DNA of 51,176 bases from Candidatus Nomurabacteria bacterium RIFCSPLOWO2_12_FULL_40_42 (lineage in GTDB: Bacteria; Patescibacteriota; Minisyncoccia; Phycocordibacterales; UBA9973), in contig MFVS01000024.1 in the NCBI GenBank assembly GCA_001786195.1, forward strand, positions 1 through 51,176, read 5' to 3'. A model generated the notes under the pieces. The model worked only from the letters and a program-made list of their open reading frames with translations. It was not told the origin of the DNA and did no database searches. Made by a program: the position numbers and the translations under genes. Below, piece after piece: positions 47,042 to 51,176 of the stretch. Numbering within the stretch: the stretch's first letter is position 1; every line of letters begins with the position of its first letter.

Positions 47042-48586
47042 ATGCCCAAGCCGAATCGAGTGCAAATAATCAAATACGGACCGCCGCCGCCAGAGCTGCC
47101 TGTTTTCGGCAAGGTCAAGCCCGAGGAGGTTTCTTTTATCGGACGGACGAATTACGTGGCCTCACTCGAAGAAAAAAAATTTATTTTCGGAATCAAGCGA
47201 GTGGACCGCCGCCGTCATCTTTATATCATCGGAAAGTCTGGTGTCGGCAAGACCAAACTTCTTGAGCTCATGCTCCGGCAGGATATTACTTACGATCACG
47301 GGCTTTGCTTGATCGATCCGCACGGGGATGTGATCGAAGCGATGCTGGATTATATTCCCAAAGAACGCATGGAGGATGTTTGCATTATCGATCCGACCGA
47401 TCTTGATTTTCCGGCTTCCTTCAATCCGCTGGCCAATGTCGATCCCTTATTTAAATTTCAATTAACCCAAGGGCTGATCGAAGTCTTTCAAAAGCAATTC
47501 GGAGCCAATTGGACACCTCGGCTCGAGCACGTCTTTCGCTTTACTTGTCTGGCGCTCCTTGATTATCCGCACGCGACCATGCGGGGGATGATCTCGATGC
47601 TGACGGACAGAAATTACCGGCAGAAAGTGGTGGAGTATATTACCGACGACATGGTCAAAAGATTCTTCGCAATCGAATTCGCGGACTGGTCCGAAAAGTT
47701 TGACACTGACGCGATTATTCCCTTGGTCAACAAGCTCGGACAATTTCTCTCCGATCCGCTCCTTCGAAATATTTTCGGTCAGAAGCAAAACAAGATAGAC
47801 ATCAGTAAGTTAATGAACGAGGAAAAAATTATTTTAATTAATCTCTCCAAGGGCCGCCTCGGCGAAGAAAATTCCTCTTTCTTGGGATCTATATTTTTGA
47901 CTAAGATCAAGCAAGCCGGCATGGAGCGCGCCGCAATTCCCGAACGTGACCGCAAAGATTTTTATATTTATGTCGACGAGTTCCAAAACGTCGTGACTCA
48001 AACTTTTGAAAATATTTTGTCCGAGGCTCGCAAATACGGGCTCAACTTGACCATGGCGCACCAATACGTAGGCCAGATTATTACCAAAGTCCATCAAGCC
48101 GTGCTCGGCAACTGCGGAAGCATTATTACTTTTCGTATTGGCGGTGAAGACGCAGTGAAAATGAAGCCAGAATTCGCGCCGCTTTTTGATGTCAAAGATA
48201 TGATCAATCTAGCGGTGACGGAATTTTATGTCAAAATGACTATTGACGGCGAATCTTACGATCCGTTTTCGGCCGAAACCCTTCGGGTCCTGCCGCCGAC
48301 CCATCCTTCCTATCGGAAAGAAATCATCGCGGCTTCGCGAGATAAATATTCCATACCAAAAGGCGATGCTGCGAGGTTGATTGCCGAAGAAGAAGCCACC
48401 ATCATCCGCAGTGCCGAAGAAAAAGCCATCATTGAAGGCCGGGCCAAAAGAAAAGAAAAAGAAAAAAAAGGAAATAAAGAAGAAGAGGAAGGAATCGAGG
48501 AATCTGCCACCGCTGAAAGCTCTGGCGAGATGAAAGAAGAAAAACCAAAAGCCAAAGCTTCCCAAGAAGCCGAGCCTATGATATAG
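47042..48586 (+). CDS. Second TrwB/TraD/VirD4-like P-loop ATPase
   Basis: GKSGVGKT, DPHG, YVDEFQN, EARKY, AHQY; colinear with 38722-40803 but lacks the Zn ribbon. Confidence 0.88.
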   Translation: MPKPNRVQIIKYGPPPPELPVFGKVKPEEVSFIGRTNYVASLEEKKFIFGIKRVDRRRHLYIIGKSGVGKTKLLELMLRQDITYDHGLCLIDPHGDVIEAMLDYIPKERMEDVCIIDPTDLDFPASFNPLANVDPLFKFQLTQGLIEVFQKQFGANWTPRLEHVFRFTCLALLDYPHATMRGMISMLTDRNYRQKVVEYITDDMVKRFFAIEFADWSEKFDTDAIIPLVNKLGQFLSDPLLRNIFGQKQNKIDISKLMNEEKIILINLSKGRLGEENSSFLGSIFLTKIKQAGMERAAIPERDRKDFYIYVDEFQNVVTQTFENILSEARKYGLNLTMAHQYVGQIITKVHQAVLGNCGSIITFRIGGEDAVKMKPEFAPLFDVKDMINLAVTEFYVKMTIDGESYDPFSAETLRVLPPTHPSYRKEIIAASRDKYSIPKGDAARLIAEEEATIIRSAEEKAIIEGRAKRKEKEKKGNKEEEEGIEESATAESSGEMKEEKPKAKASQEAEPMI

Positions 48587-48618
48587 TCTAATTTATATTA
48601 GACGTTTAAGAAATTTTT

Positions 48619-48852
48619 ATGAAAAATGTAACTATTTATTCTACTCCAACCTGTCATTTTTGTCACATGGCCAAAGAGTTTTTTAAGGAAAAAAATGTCG
48701 CTTATACCGAGCATGATGTGGCGAGCGATATGGTCAAGCGCAAAGAAATGGTGGAAAGAAGCGGTCAGCTTGGCGTGCCGGTTATTATCATCGGCGACGA
48801 GCTGATTGTCGGTTTTAACCAATCCAAAATCGCGCAACTTTTGGGTATCTAA
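48619..48852 (+). CDS. Glutaredoxin-like protein (NrdH/YruB type)
   Basis: YSTPTCHFC, GVPV, IVGF. Confidence 0.92.
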   Translation: MKNVTIYSTPTCHFCHMAKEFFKEKNVAYTEHDVASDMVKRKEMVERSGQLGVPVIIIGDELIVGFNQSKIAQLLGI

Positions 48853-50601
48853 TTATTCTTTTTTATCTTTTAAAATTTTTTCGTTTAACACAGGGAGACT
48901 AACAGTGAAAGTACTGCCTTTTCCCTCGATACTTTTCACCTCAATATTCCCTCCGTGTTCTTCCGTTACCCTTTTTGATATTGCAAGCCCTAGACCTGAA
49001 TGTTTGTCCGACGAGTACTTGTGAGCTTTTTCTGATTTAAAAAATCTTTTAAATATTTTTGGTAGATCCTCTTTAGATATTCCAATGCCATTATCCGTTA
49101 TTTCTGTTTTGATAGTATCTTTTTCTTTGAGCATTTTAATACTGATTTTCCCATTATTTTTTCCATAATTGATCGCGTTTTTTATTACATTAAGAAATAG
49201 TTTTTCCAAATGTTCTTTATTTCCAAAAATAAAAAAGTCTATTTGTTCCTTTTTAAAATCAATTGACATATTTTTTTCTTGCGCGATAGATTCCAATCTC
49301 CTTACTATTTTTCTTAGTAAATCATTTAAATTTACACGATTGTTGTAAATTGCCAATTTATTTTCTTTATTGTCCAAGGTTAGAATTTCCATTTCTGAAA
49401 GAATATTGGATAAATGTTTTATTTCATTATTAATTTCCAAAAGGGCGTTTTTCGTGAATTTAGGATCTTTTTTGCCTCTCCGTAGCGCCAGATCAGTATT
49501 ACCTTTTATGATTGCAAGCGGAGTACGAAGTTCGTGCGTGGCGTTGGCGATAAATTCAGTTTTGATTTTTTCGGTTTCTTTTTCTTTTGTAATGTCACGA
49601 AATATAAGTATCGCGCCAACAATTTCATTCTTATTAAGAAAGGGAGTTACAGTTATAGTGACTGGAAATCGTCTCACTTTTTTAGTATTAAAATACAGAG
49701 AAGAAATATTAACGAGAGTGGTAATTTTTTTCTTTGTTGACAATGCCAGTCGAATCGGAAGCTGATTTTCAGATATAGAATTACCTTTTTCATCCCCCAT
49801 TTTTATCACTTCACTGATATGCCGGTCGACAACATCTGACATTTTCAACCCAGTTATTTCTTCTGCAGATTTATTGAAAAATGTAATTTTACGTTTGTTG
49901 TTTGTAATAATCATTCCGTCCCCGATACTTTCAAAAATAGCTTTATCTCTAGCTTTCCCTATTGCAAGTAAACTGTTTGTTTTTTCTAAATCCTCCATAA
50001 CATTGAGGAGCGTTTTTTTTGATTTTTTCTGTAATTCATCAAATTTTATTAACTTTGTGACCTTACCCTCTAATTTTAAAGATATTTCTCCTTCTTGTCT
50101 GAGAGCTGAACTCAAATTATGAAAATTAACTTCCATTTCTGCCCAATAAGCTAGTTCTTTCAGCATCACCATATCGTTTTTCGAAAATTCTCGCGGTTCG
50201 ATGTCTTTTATGCAAAAAACCCCAACTCGTTCTCCATCGGTTGACATGATAGGCACACCGGCATAAAAACGTATATATGGTTTATTAACCACCATAGGGT
50301 TGTCTGAAAACCTAGCATCTTTTTTTGTGTCTGGTATGACAAATATTTTATTAGCAAGAAGCGCATGTCCACAAAAGGAAATAGCGCGAGCATTTTCATA
50401 TTTTTTAAGTCCTTGGCAAGATTTAAACCATTCTCGTCTTGCATCAATGAGAGTTAACGTACAGATTGGAACACGAAAAATTCTAACAGCGGCTCTGGTA
50501 ATTACATCAAATCGTTTTTCGGGCATAGTATCAAGCAACCCCAATGTATGTAAGGAGAGAAGGCGTTTTTTTTCGTTTTTAGGAATTGGCGCTAGTTGCA
50601 T
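48853..50601 (-). CDS. GAF-PAS sensor histidine kinase
   Basis: E..RL..L...LLDT GAF start, FCGH, RFYAG.P; PAS (FN..AE.ITG); HELRTPL, NAINY, D.G.GI, GLGL, G.GSTF. Confidence 0.92.
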   Translation of the reverse strand: MQLAPIPKNEKKRLLSLHTLGLLDTMPEKRFDVITRAAVRIFRVPICTLTLIDARREWFKSCQGLKKYENARAISFCGHALLANKIFVIPDTKKDARFSDNPMVVNKPYIRFYAGVPIMSTDGERVGVFCIKDIEPREFSKNDMVMLKELAYWAEMEVNFHNLSSALRQEGEISLKLEGKVTKLIKFDELQKKSKKTLLNVMEDLEKTNSLLAIGKARDKAIFESIGDGMIITNNKRKITFFNKSAEEITGLKMSDVVDRHISEVIKMGDEKGNSISENQLPIRLALSTKKKITTLVNISSLYFNTKKVRRFPVTITVTPFLNKNEIVGAILIFRDITKEKETEKIKTEFIANATHELRTPLAIIKGNTDLALRRGKKDPKFTKNALLEINNEIKHLSNILSEMEILTLDNKENKLAIYNNRVNLNDLLRKIVRRLESIAQEKNMSIDFKKEQIDFFIFGNKEHLEKLFLNVIKNAINYGKNNGKISIKMLKEKDTIKTEITDNGIGISKEDLPKIFKRFFKSEKAHKYSSDKHSGLGLAISKRVTEEHGGNIEVKSIEGKGSTFTVSLPVLNEKILKDKKE

Positions 50602-50907
50602 GATGTATGCAATAAAATTGCCGTGACGTTATTTTTCATATTTTTATATTACCACGACACCAAAGAATATCAATACTTCAGGCAAGGAAAAAATTTTTAT
50701 TGTTAGATTTAATCCTTATTTAACAATTTCTCAATTAACGCCGTACTAAAGACAAAAACATTACAATACTTCCGCGTTTGTAATATTTTATTTTTTCTAA
50801 CGTCTCATCTATAAAGGTCGTATTTTATTACTAATTTATAATTAAAAAACAAAATTTATATGACTTAATAAGATAAAAATAGGTAAAAATAAATAATTTA
50901 GGACAGT

Positions 50908-50957
50908 AATCCACCAAAAAAAGAAGCAGAAAGGAGTGCTTCTTTTTTTGGTGGATT
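50908..50957. terminator. 21-bp-arm hairpin (possible bidirectional terminator or element end)
   Basis: aatccaccaaaaaaagaagca-gaaaggag-tgcttctttttttggtggatt. Confidence 0.6.
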
Positions 50958-51047
50958 TGATTTTATAATGCACCATGGGTAAAAATTATTAATGCAGAAT
51001 TAATCATTCCTTGTGTACTTAATAGCTCATATTAAAACATCAGTGAA

Positions 51048-51176
51048 CTAAATCTGTATTTGCTTTGCTTCCATAGCGAGTCGATTAGCTTTTAATATAT
51101 CACTTTTCATTTTAATTAGCTTGTCATGTAGGGTTTTTGGATTCAATTTTTCGTGTTCAATTTTTAATTTTGTTTT
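51048..51176 (-). CDS. C-terminal fragment of a gene entering from the right edge, possibly an integrase-core transposase
   Basis: Open frame KTKLKIEHEKLNPKTLHDKLIKMK...QI*; K.KL..EH..LNP..L recalls transposase C-termini (from memory, unverified). Confidence 0.35.
   Translation of the reverse strand, partial: KTKLKIEHEKLNPKTLHDKLIKMKSDILKANRLAMEAKQIQI

Noticed and set aside
38722-48586. Conjugative element (ICE)
   Set aside because: No relaxase, VirB4/VirB structural genes, integrase or att sites near the ATPases; the flanks are rnpB and a glutaredoxin gene

Overview
This is an approximately 51 kb chromosomal segment of a small-genome bacterium using genetic code 11. Gene content and style (few visible Shine-Dalgarno motifs, many apparently leaderless genes, short dnaX, TrwB/TraD-like ATPases, Cys-rich hypothetical paralogues) point to Patescibacteria/CPR (Parcubacteria-like); this is inferred, not database-checked. 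Left to right: a large serine recombinase whose 3' end runs antisense through tRNA-Ile(GAT) and 51-bp tRNA-half repeats, with a diverged inverted copy of that end at the window edge; a mannose/GH130 cluster; translation and replication genes (hpf, fmt, def, hisS, lepB, pth, dnaE); three type II toxin-antitoxin pairs; gap and pentose-phosphate genes (rpiB, rpe, split transketolase); rpsB-tsf, dprA, serS, ftsQ-like, dus, dnaX, proS, mreBC, tgt, an SpeA-like decarboxylase, DUF192 and RNase P RNA; two TrwB/TraD-like ATPases bracketing three paralogous Cys-rich Zn-ribbon proteins, rsmE and a glutaredoxin; and a GAF-PAS histidine kinase. The most notable unexplained signals are: (i) several families of palindromic mini-elements inserted in frame in housekeeping genes, including a ~115-nt structured element with compensatory changes shared by def and tgt; (ii) the ATPase/Cys-rich protein locus with a shared CxxC-x17-CxxC module and near-identical 5' cassettes; (iii) the recombinase/tRNA-Ile architecture; (iv) a small orphan transcription unit after rnpB.
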